Source: Candidatus Kaelpia aquatica (GTDB lineage: Bacteria; Omnitrophota; Gorgyraeia; Kaelpiales; Kaelpiaceae). Taken from it: a stretch of DNA of 64,000 bases. This document shows, piece after piece, positions 9,681 to 20,379 of this stretch (the first letter of the stretch is position 1; the number at the start of each line of letters is the position of its first letter). The stretch is from NCBI GenBank assembly GCA_030765335.1, contig JAVCCU010000009.1:5559-69558 (forward strand), read 5' to 3'. The translations under genes and the position numbers were made by a program. A model generated the notes under the pieces. That model worked only from the letters and a program-made list of their open reading frames with translations. It searched no databases and was not told where the DNA came from.

Positions 9681-9754
9681 TTATTACTAACTTCTACAAT
9701 TTGCATAAGTTTTACTGTATCCCATTTTGTAGAAAATACATCAATATTGTAGCT

Positions 9755-10063
9755 CTAAATCTGAGAGAAAATAAACTTGTAATAATCAATTACCACCTTA
9801 AGCGAATGAGCAAAGGCCTTGCCTAAAAAATAACTCAACACAAGAACTATAATTGTAACAATACTTTTACTTCTCCTACTAAATCTAGGATTTAACCATA
9901 GTAGAGGTAACGCAAAAGGCCCAACACAGACAAAAGCTACTATTAAATTAGAGGTCTTAAAAAACCAACTCTCTTTAGTTTTTTTACCTAAAAACTCACC
10001 ACAAAACCGGCATTTTATAGCTTCATCCTGAATCTCTTCAAAACAATAAGGGCATCTCTTCAT
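9755..10063 (-). CDS. Zinc-ribbon membrane protein (UPF0547-like)
   Basis: CPYC-x-EI...KCRFCG followed by two TM helices. Confidence 0.8.
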   Translation of the reverse strand: MKRCPYCFEEIQDEAIKCRFCGEFLGKKTKESWFFKTSNLIVAFVCVGPFALPLLWLNPRFSRRSKSIVTIIVLVLSYFLGKAFAHSLKVVIDYYKFIFSQI

Positions 10064-10515
10064 TGTTCAACCATATAAACCCTGTCATTCTCGTGCACTT
10101 TCTTTATAACTTTTATTCCAGCCTCTTCCCCTTTATTAGCCTTAGCAACGCTCTTATGGTCAATCTGCATCGATTTAACGGTCTGCTTAAAATCGTCATG
10201 AGCTCCTTTAATATGAATCTTAGCACCTACTTCAAGTGGGGTCTTAAGCTTGATAATTCCAACAGATATTTTACCAAAATAATGTGTTACCCTACCAACC
10301 TCTTTTGGTTTTACCTTTTTTACTGGTTTTACTATCTCAGATTTCTTCCTAACAGCTGCTTTTTTTGTCACCTTTTTAACATTAAGTCTAGCTTTTACTA
10401 GATCACTCTTTTGGGATACTGCTTTTTTATTGGAAACGATTTTCTTCTTCGTGGGTTTAGCCACTACCTTTTTTATTTTTTCAGATTTTGATTTAAAAAT
10501 TCCAAATAACGCCAC
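10060..10515 (-). CDS. EF-Tu domain II-like ('translation elongation factor-like') protein with Lys-rich N-terminal arm
   Basis: VGRVTHYF...GAKIHIKG...SMQIDH...GIKV...DRVY barrel pattern; K/V/A-rich first ~70 aa. Confidence 0.7.
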   Translation of the reverse strand: MALFGIFKSKSEKIKKVVAKPTKKKIVSNKKAVSQKSDLVKARLNVKKVTKKAAVRKKSEIVKPVKKVKPKEVGRVTHYFGKISVGIIKLKTPLEVGAKIHIKGAHDDFKQTVKSMQIDHKSVAKANKGEEAGIKVIKKVHENDRVYMVEQ

Positions 10516-10535
10516 TCAGTCCTCCTCTGCCTATT

Positions 10536-11939
10536 TTAACTCTTAAGATATACGATATCTCCTTTAGCTGGAATCTGGGGGTTTATATTGAGTTTATTTC
10601 TTATATCTGCCCTCAAGCTATCTAGCTGTTCTGCTTCACCATGAACCAGAAAAACCCCTTTAACGTTTTTACTTACCCCTTTAACATAACTCAATAATCC
10701 ATCTCTGTCTGCGTGAGAACTAAAAGCATTGACTGTTATAACTTCTGCATGAAGTTCATATATCCTGCCGAATATGCGCACTGTTTTAGCTTTTTCAACT
10801 ATCCGTTTACCCAAGGTATTATTTGCCATAAAACCGATTACTATTATAGCGTTCTTAGGGTTTTCTATATTATTCTTTAAGTGGTGTAATATTCTTCCGT
10901 TTTCACACATCCCCGATGCTGAGATTAATATTATAGGTTTTGTTATATCATGAATCTGTTTTGACTTACTAACATCCTTAACATAGGTAACATTATCATA
11001 ACCAAAAGGGTCACCGCTATTCAAAAACTCTTTAGCAGTCTTTATGTCAAAATAATCTGCGCTCTCTCTAAATACATCGGTCACATTGACAGCCAAAGGT
11101 CCATCAACATAGATAGGGATCTTTTTAATCTTCTTCTTTCTCATCAACTGACTTATAAAGAAGACTATCAGCTGAGTTCTCTCTAAAGCAAAAGATGGTA
11201 TAATAATCTTGCCGCCCCTCTTTATAGTTTTATTTATAGCATTAGCAAGTTCAATCTCTGCATCCTCTATGCTACTATGTTTTCTATTTCCATAAGTACC
11301 TTCAATCATAAGATAATCCACTTCACTAGGAACCTCAGGGTTTTTAAGTAACGGCATATCGACCCTGCCCAAATCAACTGCATAGGCTATTCTTAAAGGC
11401 CTTCTTCTTGTTTTTACCTCAATCAAAGGTACGGCTGAGCCAAGAATATGACCTGCTTCATAAAAAGTAAGGTTAACATCTTTCGTTAAAGGAAAATTCC
11501 TGTGGTAATTAATGGCTCTTAAGTGCTTTAGTGCTTTTCTTGCCTCTCTCTGGGTATACAGCGGCTCCCTAGGAGGTAATCCGCGTCTTTTGTTTATCTT
11601 ATTAACATACTTAATATCTTCTCCTTGGATATATCCAGAATCTAGGAGCATGAAATGACAGAGTTCCTTTGTAACCGGAGTACAGTAGACTGCCCCCCTA
11701 TAGCCCTGCTTTATAAGATTTGGAATATTACCGCAATGATCTATATGAGCATGAGAGAGAACGCAGGCATCAATATTATTTAGGTTGAAAGCAAACTTAG
11801 AGTTTACCTTGTAATACTCATCTCTCTTTCCATGAAAAAGACCACAGTCAAGGAGTATCTTAGACTTAGAAGTCGATATGAGGTGCATTGAGCCTGTTAC
11901 AGTCTGAGCTCCACCGCAAAACTTAATAGATACAGCCAC
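10536..11939 (-). CDS. MBL-fold beta-CASP ribonuclease (Ysh1/TTHA0252-like)
   Basis: VTGS, DCGL, SHAHIDH, AGHILGS, EGTYG, SGM, FSSHAD, LVHGE motifs. Confidence 0.93.
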   Translation of the reverse strand: MAVSIKFCGGAQTVTGSMHLISTSKSKILLDCGLFHGKRDEYYKVNSKFAFNLNNIDACVLSHAHIDHCGNIPNLIKQGYRGAVYCTPVTKELCHFMLLDSGYIQGEDIKYVNKINKRRGLPPREPLYTQREARKALKHLRAINYHRNFPLTKDVNLTFYEAGHILGSAVPLIEVKTRRRPLRIAYAVDLGRVDMPLLKNPEVPSEVDYLMIEGTYGNRKHSSIEDAEIELANAINKTIKRGGKIIIPSFALERTQLIVFFISQLMRKKKIKKIPIYVDGPLAVNVTDVFRESADYFDIKTAKEFLNSGDPFGYDNVTYVKDVSKSKQIHDITKPIILISASGMCENGRILHHLKNNIENPKNAIIVIGFMANNTLGKRIVEKAKTVRIFGRIYELHAEVITVNAFSSHADRDGLLSYVKGVSKNVKGVFLVHGEAEQLDSLRADIRNKLNINPQIPAKGDIVYLKS

Positions 11940-12041
11940 TCGCTACCTCCTAAATTTAAAGCAACAAACTCTATATTTGAAATATTATATCAAGAAAAAA
12001 TTAAATAAGGAAGCGATATGAGTAAAAAGTGGTATCAAAAA

Positions 12042-13088
12042 TCAAGGGTAATAATTTACTGTTGCCTTATACCAAACACCTATACCTGGATATTTAGAAT
12101 TGAAATTATTCTCTAGCATTACTTGAACATCTTCCATGGGAAAATTAGATGGACTATCGCCAACAGTAGTAATATTAGCATGAAATGCAATCTCGTAAGG
12201 AGTAACAACTACTCTTTGAGCCTGCAATGGATCAAAGAGGTCCATGTAATGAAAAGAAAAATCAATAACTTCTATCAATTCTGGAGCTATGCTAGCATAA
12301 TTTCCATCAATACTATTATTAACCAAATATCGACTAAGTAGATACTCTCGGTATTCAAGAACATCTGCAGTCTCAGAACCTTCTTCCCACCCTGCTATAT
12401 CTATCGGAACTTGCTCTCTGTTACCAAGAATATTCATAGCTTTTAATAGCATCCCCGAACTTATATCATATAAATCAACATTTATATCCCAGCTTTTTAT
12501 CCAACTTTGTATCTCAATATCATCGTCAGATATATTCTCACTTGCATAACTATAAAGTCTATCATATATAGCCATTGCAACAGATAGCGCTTCTAATCCC
12601 CCTGAAGAACCTACACTTTTAACAGTTATTGTTAGGTCATCATTGGCTATTTTTTGCCTAATAAGACCATCCAAATAAATACTAACTTCGCCTAATCTGA
12701 ATCTAAATAGTGCAGTTTTAGTAGACATCGTTATAATACAAAAACTAGAACTTCTTAAAACACTAAGCAAAACTCCCAACTCTTCTACGTTGTTTCTTAA
12801 CGCCTGAGCATACCCTTCAAAACCTACTCCTGCAACCTCTGCCCTCTGCTTGAAATACCCAAGCATAATAATAGCCATATTATTCTTTTCTTCATCAGAT
12901 TTAACCAACGAACCTCTGTCGTCAAAAGCAATAATTTGATCAAGGATTTGGCTAGAAAGATCCAATTCAGAATTTAAGAGTTCACCCTTTAAGCGCCTTG
13001 CAAATCCAGTGCTAGAAAAACAGACTAGTAGAGCAATAATCATACACCAATTGATCTTAAAAATTCTATATTTAAACATATCTACCAT
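12042..13088 (-). CDS. Signal-peptide protein with divergent CheR-like SAM methyltransferase fold
   Basis: N-terminal signal; SVGSSGGLEALSVAM, YDISxxML, IAPELIEVIDF...DLFD and YEIAFHAN parallel the CheR motifs. Confidence 0.55.
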   Translation of the reverse strand: MVDMFKYRIFKINWCMIIALLVCFSSTGFARRLKGELLNSELDLSSQILDQIIAFDDRGSLVKSDEEKNNMAIIMLGYFKQRAEVAGVGFEGYAQALRNNVEELGVLLSVLRSSSFCIITMSTKTALFRFRLGEVSIYLDGLIRQKIANDDLTITVKSVGSSGGLEALSVAMAIYDRLYSYASENISDDDIEIQSWIKSWDINVDLYDISSGMLLKAMNILGNREQVPIDIAGWEEGSETADVLEYREYLLSRYLVNNSIDGNYASIAPELIEVIDFSFHYMDLFDPLQAQRVVVTPYEIAFHANITTVGDSPSNFPMEDVQVMLENNFNSKYPGIGVWYKATVNYYP

Positions 13089-13247
13089 CCTTATTTTAAA
13101 TATACCGTACTTTTTGACTATTTACAAATTTTAATCAAACTTTTTTATAATTTTTAAGAAGTTTATTAACAAACACTTAGCTCTAGGTATATTTTAAGAC
13201 TTACATCAAAAATAAATTTAATATATAATAAATAAAAGGAGAAAATA

Positions 13248-14147
13248 ATGAAAGAAATGACAGATAGTTTTAATCTTCAAAAATACCAACTCTTAAAAGA
13301 TAAAAAACTTTCAAAGAGTATCTCTTTTTTACTTCTTTTCACTTTTCTAATAAGCTTTCTCTTTGCATTTAAGCTGACCTTATTTGTAAACAGAGAGCTT
13401 CCTGGGCTTGCCTACAAAGCAAAACAGGTCCTTGAGAAAGATCTAACAGGTATCCCTATAATAGAGATTAAAGACGGTGTAACAATAAAGCCGGAGCAGA
13501 GATATTATAAAAAATGGAAGGAGTTCTCGCTTGTAATCGCACCCAATGAGAACGACCCTTATAAAATACTTGAGGAATCAGAATCTCTCCTGGGGTTGAC
13601 TAGAGAAAATTTGATTATAAAATCCAAAATAGAGGAAATTAAATCAGAGATCAAGGTCTATGATTTAAAAAATATCGAAGAACTCCTTATAGCCCCAATT
13701 GAAAAAGGAATCAATATCTCTTCTGGAGAATTTAGATTGGACTTGACGCCTGATTTTATAAACCGGCTAAATAAACGCCTTGCAATATTCGCTTTTCCGA
13801 CACTATTAATACTGCTTTTAACAACTTTCTTCTTTTCTAAATTGATACATATTTTCTCTTTTAGTATCTTTAGTCTAATCTTTAACAGTAGGCTCAACGC
13901 AAATCTTAAATATAAACAATTACTAAACATAGGCATATATGCCTTAGTACCGCCTACTGTCCTAACTGTAATCTTGCAGACATTAAACTTAAGGACACCT
14001 TTAAGCTGGGCATTGCACAGCACTATTTATATCATGCTGATATATAAAGCAATTAAACTGAATGTTGGTGCTGGAGAAATGGGGTTAGAGGCTGAACCCC
14101 GCTTTAAAGAGAGCGGTGATTCTAATTCTGAAAACAGCAATCTTTAA
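13248..14147 (+). CDS. DUF1189-like membrane protein
   Basis: AAGGAG SD; TM, periplasmic domain, then 3 TM with Y..L..I..YAL.PP. Confidence 0.65.
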   Translation: MKEMTDSFNLQKYQLLKDKKLSKSISFLLLFTFLISFLFAFKLTLFVNRELPGLAYKAKQVLEKDLTGIPIIEIKDGVTIKPEQRYYKKWKEFSLVIAPNENDPYKILEESESLLGLTRENLIIKSKIEEIKSEIKVYDLKNIEELLIAPIEKGINISSGEFRLDLTPDFINRLNKRLAIFAFPTLLILLLTTFFFSKLIHIFSFSIFSLIFNSRLNANLKYKQLLNIGIYALVPPTVLTVILQTLNLRTPLSWALHSTIYIMLIYKAIKLNVGAGEMGLEAEPRFKESGDSNSENSNL

Positions 14148-14270
14148 ATTAATCTATCGACAGCTATAAAGCTAGAAATTAAGCAAACAGGCTGTAATCA
14201 AACCTTACTTAAAAAGATAAACCATAATCCACTTTAACTACAGTGTCACTAATATTTTTGAATAACAAAC

Positions 14271-14301
14271 AAAAAGTGCAGCACCGTTAACGATGCTGCA
14301 C
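14271..14301 (-). terminator. Intrinsic terminator after ilvC
   Basis: GTGCAGCATCG-TTAA-CGGTGCTGCAC followed by TTTTT on the minus strand. Confidence 0.85.
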
Positions 14302-14332
14302 CTAACTTTAAAGTTTAGAATTTTTAATGCTG

Positions 14333-15319
14333 TTATTTGATCCAGGGCATCATTTCACGAAGCTTAAAGCCAACCTTCTCTATCTTTTCTCCTTCAGCTT
14401 TCTTTCTAGCTGCAAGAAATTTTTTTCTGCCATCTTTATTCTCTTTAATCCACTCTTTAGCAAAAGAGCCTGACTGAATCTCTTTTAAGATTTTTTTCAT
14501 CTCAGAGCGAACTTTTGCATCTATAACACGCTTACCGCGGGTATAATCTCCATATTCAGCAGTATCTGATATAACATATCTCATCTTTTGGATACCATAC
14601 TTGTACATCAAATCTACGATGAGTTTTAATTCATGCAGACATTCAAAATATGCAATCTCAGGCTGATAACCTGCAGCAGTCAAAGTATCAAACCCTGCTT
14701 TAACTAGCTCTGTTGCTCCACCACAGAGAACAGCTTGCTCGCCAAAGAGATCTGTCTCTGTCTCTTCCTTGAATGTTGTCTCAATAACTCCTGCACGCGT
14801 ACCGCCTATAGCTTTAGAAAAAGCTAGAGCAAGATTCTTTGCTTTGCCTGTTGCATCCTGATATACCGCTATTAGGTTAGGTACACCCTTTTTCTCTAGA
14901 TACATATCACGAACAAGAGTTCCAGGGCCTTTAGGTGCAACCATAAAGACATCGACATAATCAGGCGGGACAATCTGTGAGAAATGAATATTAAAACCAT
15001 GTGAAAAGCTTAACGCATTGCCCTTCTTTAAATATGATTTAATATTATTATATACTGCAGCCTGAATATGATCTTGAGCAAGCATATGTATAATATCAGC
15101 TTCTTTCGCTGCTTCAACTGCAGTAACTGGTTTAAAACCATCTTTAACTGCAATCTTATAATTAGGGGATTTCTTTAGCTCTGCTATTATAACCTTAACC
15201 CCACTATCACGTAAGTTTAAGGCTTGAGCTCTACCTTGGGCACCATAACCTATAACAGCAACCTTCTTCCTTCTAATCAAAGCCAAGTTTGCATCTTTAT
15301 CATAATATACTTTAGCCAT
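14333..15319 (-). CDS. ilvC: Ketol-acid reductoisomerase
   Basis: [31 protein letters not shown] motifs. Confidence 0.99.
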   Translation of the reverse strand: MAKVYYDKDANLALIRRKKVAVIGYGAQGRAQALNLRDSGVKVIIAELKKSPNYKIAVKDGFKPVTAVEAAKEADIIHMLAQDHIQAAVYNNIKSYLKKGNALSFSHGFNIHFSQIVPPDYVDVFMVAPKGPGTLVRDMYLEKKGVPNLIAVYQDATGKAKNLALAFSKAIGGTRAGVIETTFKEETETDLFGEQAVLCGGATELVKAGFDTLTAAGYQPEIAYFECLHELKLIVDLMYKYGIQKMRYVISDTAEYGDYTRGKRVIDAKVRSEMKKILKEIQSGSFAKEWIKENKDGRKKFLAARKKAEGEKIEKVGFKLREMMPWIK

Positions 15320-15330
15320 TTTCAGCCTCC

Positions 15331-15807
15331 TTAATCTTTTCCTATAGCTACAACTCCTGTCCTCATAACCTCTTTTATACCGTAGGGCTTTAAAAGCTGC
15401 AAAGATGTTGCAACTTTCTCCTTATCTCCAACAACTTCAATGCAGATTACTTTAGTACCGACATGTAATATCTTACCTCCAAGCAACTCTATAATCTCTA
15501 TGATCTGAGAACGGTTCTGAGATGTATACCGCAGCTTTATAAGCAATAGTTCTCTGTCAAAGAAATCTTTTTTTGTAAAATCTTGCACAGACACAACATC
15601 TATTAATTTATTGAGCTGTTTTTTTACTTGCTCAAATGTCTTCTCATCAGCATGAACGACCAAAGACATACGTGATACCGACGGAGAATCTGTCTCAGCT
15701 ACTGCCAAAGAGCGAATATTAAAGCCTCTGGCACTAAAAAGACCTGCTACGCGCGCAAGAACTCCTGCCTTATTTTCAACCAAAACTGATAATACATAAT
15801 TTTTCAT
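15331..15807 (-). CDS. ilvN: Acetolactate synthase small subunit
   Basis: [23 protein letters not shown] domain; KQLNKLIDV. Confidence 0.97.
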   Translation of the reverse strand: MKNYVLSVLVENKAGVLARVAGLFSARGFNIRSLAVAETDSPSVSRMSLVVHADEKTFEQVKKQLNKLIDVVSVQDFTKKDFFDRELLLIKLRYTSQNRSQIIEIIELLGGKILHVGTKVICIEVVGDKEKVATSLQLLKPYGIKEVMRTGVVAIGKD

Positions 15808-15846
15808 GGTATTATCTCCTTATCCACTGCCCCGCTATTGACAGAA

Positions 15847-17520
15847 TTAAGCCATCCCGCCTATCATTCTATCTATAGCCTCACCTGCAGGAACCATAGG
15901 AAAAACGTTTTCAAACCCATCTACCTTAAAATCGATAACTACGGGTTTCTTCTTACTCTTTAAAGCCTTCTTTATCGCAGGGCCAACCTCAGATTGCTTT
16001 TTAACTCTTATACCGATTGCTCCGTAAGCCTCGGCTATCTTTACAAAATCAAGGCTATCCAGGCAGGTATAAGAGTACCTCTTTTTGTAGAACAGTTCCT
16101 GCCATTGTCTGACCATACCAAGGCAACCATTGTTCAAAATAGCAATTATAACAGGGACCTCATAACTCACAGCTGTTGCAAGCTCCTGCATATTCATCTG
16201 GATACTACCATCCCCAGCTATATCTACTACAATTTTATCGGGATTACCTATTTTAGCTCCTATCGCAGCAGGAAAACCATAGCCCATAGTACCTAAACCG
16301 CCGGATGAGATATATGTTCTAGGTTTTGTATATTGATACCAATGGGCAGCCCACATCTGATTCTGACCCACCTCTGTTGTTATTATAGCATCGCCCTTTG
16401 TCAGCTTATAAATCTGTTCTATGACATATTGAGGCTTCAAGCCAGTTGCGGTCTTTTTGTATTTTAAAGGAGACTCTTTTTTCCAACTCTTGATCTGCTT
16501 AACCCAATCAGAAGAATCTGGCTTCTTAACTATTTTATTCAGCTCAATCAATATCTTCTTCGCATCACCGACAATTGGAATATCAACATCTACATTCTTA
16601 CTTATAGCCGAAGGATCAATATCTATGTGAATAATCTTCGCTTTTGGTGCGAAGGCTTCAATTTTACCTGTGACCCTATCATCAAACCTTGATCCAACCG
16701 CAATAAGGAGATCTGAATTCTGTATTGCAAGGTTTGCATAGACAGTTCCATGCATTCCCGGCATACCTAAAGATAACTCTGTGTCTTCAGGGAAACCGCC
16801 TAACCCCATAAGTGTAGTTGTTACTGGTATCTGGCATTTATCAGCTAACTTTTTAAGCTCTCTATCTGCCCCAGATATAATAATACCACCGCCTGTATAG
16901 AGAACAGGGCGTTTCGATCCCTCTATCATCTCGGCTGCTTTTTTGATCTGCAAAGGATGACCTTTTAAAACAGGCTTATACCCTCTCATCGAAACTTTCT
17001 TCTGATACTTGTAATCATACTGCTTTAAGGTTATATCTACAGGTAAATCTATGACAACAGGCCCAGGCCGGCCGGTAGAAGCACAATGGAAAGCCTCTCT
17101 TATTATTCTACCAAGATCTTTTATATCTTTAACCAAATAATTATACTTTGTTATCGGTCGCGTTATGCCGGTTGTATCTGCTTCCTGAAAAGCATCGTTT
17201 CCTATCAAATAAGTATTAACTTGACCAGTTATGCAGACTATTGGAATAGAATCCATATAAGCAGTTGCTATTCCGGTAATCAGGTTGGTAGCTCCAGGGC
17301 CTGAGGTGGCAATGCAGACACCCACGCGGCCAGTGCTTCTTGCATACCCATCAGCAGCATGAACCGCACCCTGCTCGTGACGCGTCAAGACAAAGTTTAG
17401 GGGAGCATCATATAGAACATCAAAAAGGGGCAACACAGAACCTCCGGGATAACCAAAGATATCCTTTACACCCTCATGCTTCAAAGCCTCTATTACAATT
17501 TTTGCACCGGTCATCTTCAT
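15847..17520 (-). CDS. ilvB: Acetolactate synthase large subunit
   Basis: [32 protein letters not shown]...NN motifs. Confidence 0.98.
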   Translation of the reverse strand: MKMTGAKIVIEALKHEGVKDIFGYPGGSVLPLFDVLYDAPLNFVLTRHEQGAVHAADGYARSTGRVGVCIATSGPGATNLITGIATAYMDSIPIVCITGQVNTYLIGNDAFQEADTTGITRPITKYNYLVKDIKDLGRIIREAFHCASTGRPGPVVIDLPVDITLKQYDYKYQKKVSMRGYKPVLKGHPLQIKKAAEMIEGSKRPVLYTGGGIIISGADRELKKLADKCQIPVTTTLMGLGGFPEDTELSLGMPGMHGTVYANLAIQNSDLLIAVGSRFDDRVTGKIEAFAPKAKIIHIDIDPSAISKNVDVDIPIVGDAKKILIELNKIVKKPDSSDWVKQIKSWKKESPLKYKKTATGLKPQYVIEQIYKLTKGDAIITTEVGQNQMWAAHWYQYTKPRTYISSGGLGTMGYGFPAAIGAKIGNPDKIVVDIAGDGSIQMNMQELATAVSYEVPVIIAILNNGCLGMVRQWQELFYKKRYSYTCLDSLDFVKIAEAYGAIGIRVKKQSEVGPAIKKALKSKKKPVVIDFKVDGFENVFPMVPAGEAIDRMIGGMA

Positions 17521-17529
17521 AATCTGATT

Positions 17530-17558
17530 AATATATCAAAATTATCATTTTAACGCAA
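17530..17558 (-). promoter_or_regulatory. Sigma70-type promoter of ilvBNC, leaderless-type
   Basis: TTGCGT-17bp-TATATT, 9 nt to ATG; no SD and no room for an attenuator. Confidence 0.6.
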
Positions 17559-17573
17559 CCCTATTTAAGCGGA

Positions 17574-18545
17574 TCAATATTCACCTATTATCTCTTCCAT
17601 TACATCTTCTAATGTTACCATACCAACAACCTCATCTAATGAATTACGTATCCCAACCATATGGATATTCCTCCTAAGCATCTGAACCAAAAGATCATCC
17701 AGATATGTGTTGTCATCAACATAGAAGATATCATGAAGAAAATTGTTTAAATCTATCTCCTTATCAATATCCTGAATTAACAGATCCATATAGTTTATGA
17801 CTCCCACGTACTCTTCTTTATCTTTATTGTAAACAGGTAAACGTGAAAATTCATATCTTTTAAACTCTTCTATGACAACACTTATATCTAAATCGCTTAA
17901 AACTGAAACAACTCTCTTCTTAGATATCATTATCTCTTTTACCTGCTTCTCTCCAAGATGAAAAACCCTGTGCAAGATTGTCTTCTCATGTTCCTGAATA
18001 ACTCCTCTCTCCTCACCCTTAATTATCGCAACTTTAATCTGCTCTTTAGAACCGAGAGAACGTACTCTAGCAGGCGCCTTGCTAAACTTATTAATCAATT
18101 TTGAAGGAAAAAAATAAAACAGGTAAGAGAACGGAAAACTAATGTAGTATAGAATTTTAAATATTTTGACTGTTCTAAAAATCAGAGAAGGCTTTGCCCT
18201 AAAAATACTTTTTGGCACTATCTCTGAAAAGACAATACTTAGTGGCACAAGCAGAGTAATTGTAATCATCTCAGCTTGCAATTCAGTAAAAAACCTCACG
18301 ATTGCAGAGAGCAGGACTATCGTGCTTGCGCTTAGAGCAAAGTTTGTCATAACAAGTGTTATAGAGACAAGTTTTTCAAGGTTCTGCATCTTATCTATTA
18401 ACCAGAGATCCGATTTTCTGCTTAAACCTCGCTTCTTCTCGACCATAGAGACTGGGATAGATATCAATCCTGTCTCATAGCCAGAAGAGAATCCGGCAAT
18501 CAACAGAAAAAAAGCAATTATTATAATCAATGTTAAAACGCTCAT
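17574..18545 (-). CDS. CNNM/CorC-HlyC family protein (DUF21 + CBS)
   Basis: SGYETGL, EIVPK, FSRLPVY, GMVTLEDVMEEIIGE. Confidence 0.9.
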   Translation of the reverse strand: MSVLTLIIIIAFFLLIAGFSSGYETGLISIPVSMVEKKRGLSRKSDLWLIDKMQNLEKLVSITLVMTNFALSASTIVLLSAIVRFFTELQAEMITITLLVPLSIVFSEIVPKSIFRAKPSLIFRTVKIFKILYYISFPFSYLFYFFPSKLINKFSKAPARVRSLGSKEQIKVAIIKGEERGVIQEHEKTILHRVFHLGEKQVKEIMISKKRVVSVLSDLDISVVIEEFKRYEFSRLPVYNKDKEEYVGVINYMDLLIQDIDKEIDLNNFLHDIFYVDDNTYLDDLLVQMLRRNIHMVGIRNSLDEVVGMVTLEDVMEEIIGEY

Positions 18546-19777
18546 CTGCTTATTTTTATAGTTACCTTCTTAATTCTATTTCTACTTACCTCATCAATGA
18601 AGAACTTTAGATCCTTATATTCAATAGACTGCCCGCTGGAAGGAACTTTCTGAAAGAGATTGAGCAATAATCCTCCTAAAGAAGATATTCCAGGAGTTTT
18701 TAAATCTACATCTAATTCATCGCTAAGATCAGATAGCGATACATTTGCCATAACAGTGTAAGTGTCTAAGTCAATCTTCTTTATCTTGTTTTTATCTCTT
18801 TTATATTCATTCTCTATTTCTCCAACAAGCTCTTCTAAGATATCCTCTAAAGTAACTATTCCGGCTGTACCGCCATACTCATCAACAATTAAGGCAATCT
18901 CTTCATTCCTCTCTTTAAATTGAATTAAGAGCTCATCTATATCCATAGAGTCAGGTACAGTTAAAACGGGACGGACCAAGTCATTCCAAATACTAAATTT
19001 CGAAAAAAGAAAATCCCTGGAATATATGACACCTGCAACAGAATCCAAGCTCTCCCTGTAAATTATATACCTCGTATGTTTTGTCTCTCTTATTAATTCT
19101 TTTAATTCATCTAGTGAGCTTTTTTCTTCTAAGGCTTCCATATCAATTCTAGGTGTCATAATCTCTCTTGCCCAGCTCTTACCTAAATCAAGGACTCTTT
19201 CAGCTAGAACTCTCTCCTCTTTGTCTAGCAGCCCTCTCTCTTCTCCTGACTTTACCATCGCATATATTTCAGACAATGCAGGTTTATCTTCAAGAGCTCC
19301 AACGTTTTCTGAAAAAAATAACAGTGATACTTTTATAGCTGCTCTACTAAAAAAACTCTCTAAAGGAAATATTACCTTAGAGATTAAAGTAAGAAAATAC
19401 ACTGAGAAAAAGGAAAAGCTAGATGCAAACCTTAAAGCTAATAACTTTGGAACAACCTCGCCAAAAAAAAGTATTATCGAAGTTACGATAAAGATAGAAA
19501 GAATAACGGAGATCTGAGGAAAGAAATAATAGAGTAATACCCCCATAATACTTGTAGCTACAATATTTACTATTGTATTACCGGTTATAATCAAAGATAT
19601 AGTCTTAGTGGAATCCTTTAAAAAAGAAGATAGTCTCTGATAAGCACTAAGATGTCTAGATTTAAACTTTGACCTCTCATATTCAGTAAGAGAAAAAATA
19701 GCGCTTTCTGAAGAAGAGAATAGCGCTGATAAAATTAAGAACAGCAACAAAAAAAAGAAGTGTATAGTAAGATTCAT
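18542..19777 (-). CDS. CNNM/hemolysin family protein (DUF21 + CBS + CorC_HlyC)
   Basis: FSSSESA, GEVVPK, MTPR, VDEYGGTAGIVTLEDILEELVGEI. Confidence 0.93.
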   Translation of the reverse strand: MNLTIHFFFLLLFLILSALFSSSESAIFSLTEYERSKFKSRHLSAYQRLSSFLKDSTKTISLIITGNTIVNIVATSIMGVLLYYFFPQISVILSIFIVTSIILFFGEVVPKLLALRFASSFSFFSVYFLTLISKVIFPLESFFSRAAIKVSLLFFSENVGALEDKPALSEIYAMVKSGEERGLLDKEERVLAERVLDLGKSWAREIMTPRIDMEALEEKSSLDELKELIRETKHTRYIIYRESLDSVAGVIYSRDFLFSKFSIWNDLVRPVLTVPDSMDIDELLIQFKERNEEIALIVDEYGGTAGIVTLEDILEELVGEIENEYKRDKNKIKKIDLDTYTVMANVSLSDLSDELDVDLKTPGISSLGGLLLNLFQKVPSSGQSIEYKDLKFFIDEVSRNRIKKVTIKISR

Positions 19778-20379
19778 CTATAGAGCCTGAAGTTCACAAT
19801 ATAATCCCTAACCTTATCAGGCGTAAGATAACGTAATGAAAGACCGCTCTTTACTCTATCCCTGAGAGAAGATGAAGATATTGCTATCTGAGGAATTAGG
19901 AGCTTCTTATACTTAGCTCCTTTAATATTTTTAACTTTTGTCCCCGGTCTAACAGCTACTATAAAGCGTGCTATCCTGACTAAGCTCTTGTAATTCTTCC
20001 AGCTTTCAAGTTCAGAAAAAGCATCGGAACCTATCAAAAAATATATCTCATCTTGAGGTTCTTTCTTTTTTAAAGCTTTCAAAGTCTCATAACTAAAAGA
20101 GAGCCCTCCCCTCTTGATCTCTACGCTAGAGACAGATAGAGAAGGATTATCTATGGTTGCCAATCTAAGCATATTTAATCTATCCCGAGAAGATGCTTGA
20201 GGAGGTTCTTTAGAAGCAGATATATTATAAGGCAAGAATACCACCCTATCTAACCCAAGCTCACCTAGGGCACACTCCGCTAATAGAAGATGTCCCATAT
20301 GTATAGGATCAAAGGCTCCGCCTAAGATGCCTATTTTTTTTGATTTTTTACGATTAAACTCTGATTTGACCATTACCAA
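19774..20379 (-). CDS. nadD: Nicotinate-nucleotide adenylyltransferase
   Basis: GGAFDPIHMGH, IGSD, ISSS.LR motifs. Confidence 0.96.
   Translation of the reverse strand: MVMVKSEFNRKKSKKIGILGGAFDPIHMGHLLLAECALGELGLDRVVFLPYNISASKEPPQASSRDRLNMLRLATIDNPSLSVSSVEIKRGGLSFSYETLKALKKKEPQDEIYFLIGSDAFSELESWKNYKSLVRIARFIVAVRPGTKVKNIKGAKYKKLLIPQIAISSSSLRDRVKSGLSLRYLTPDKVRDYIVNFRLYR

Noticed and set aside
17574-19777. Tandem 'hemolysin' genes as toxins
   Set aside because: They are CNNM/CorC Mg2+-homeostasis proteins, and tandem pairs are common.
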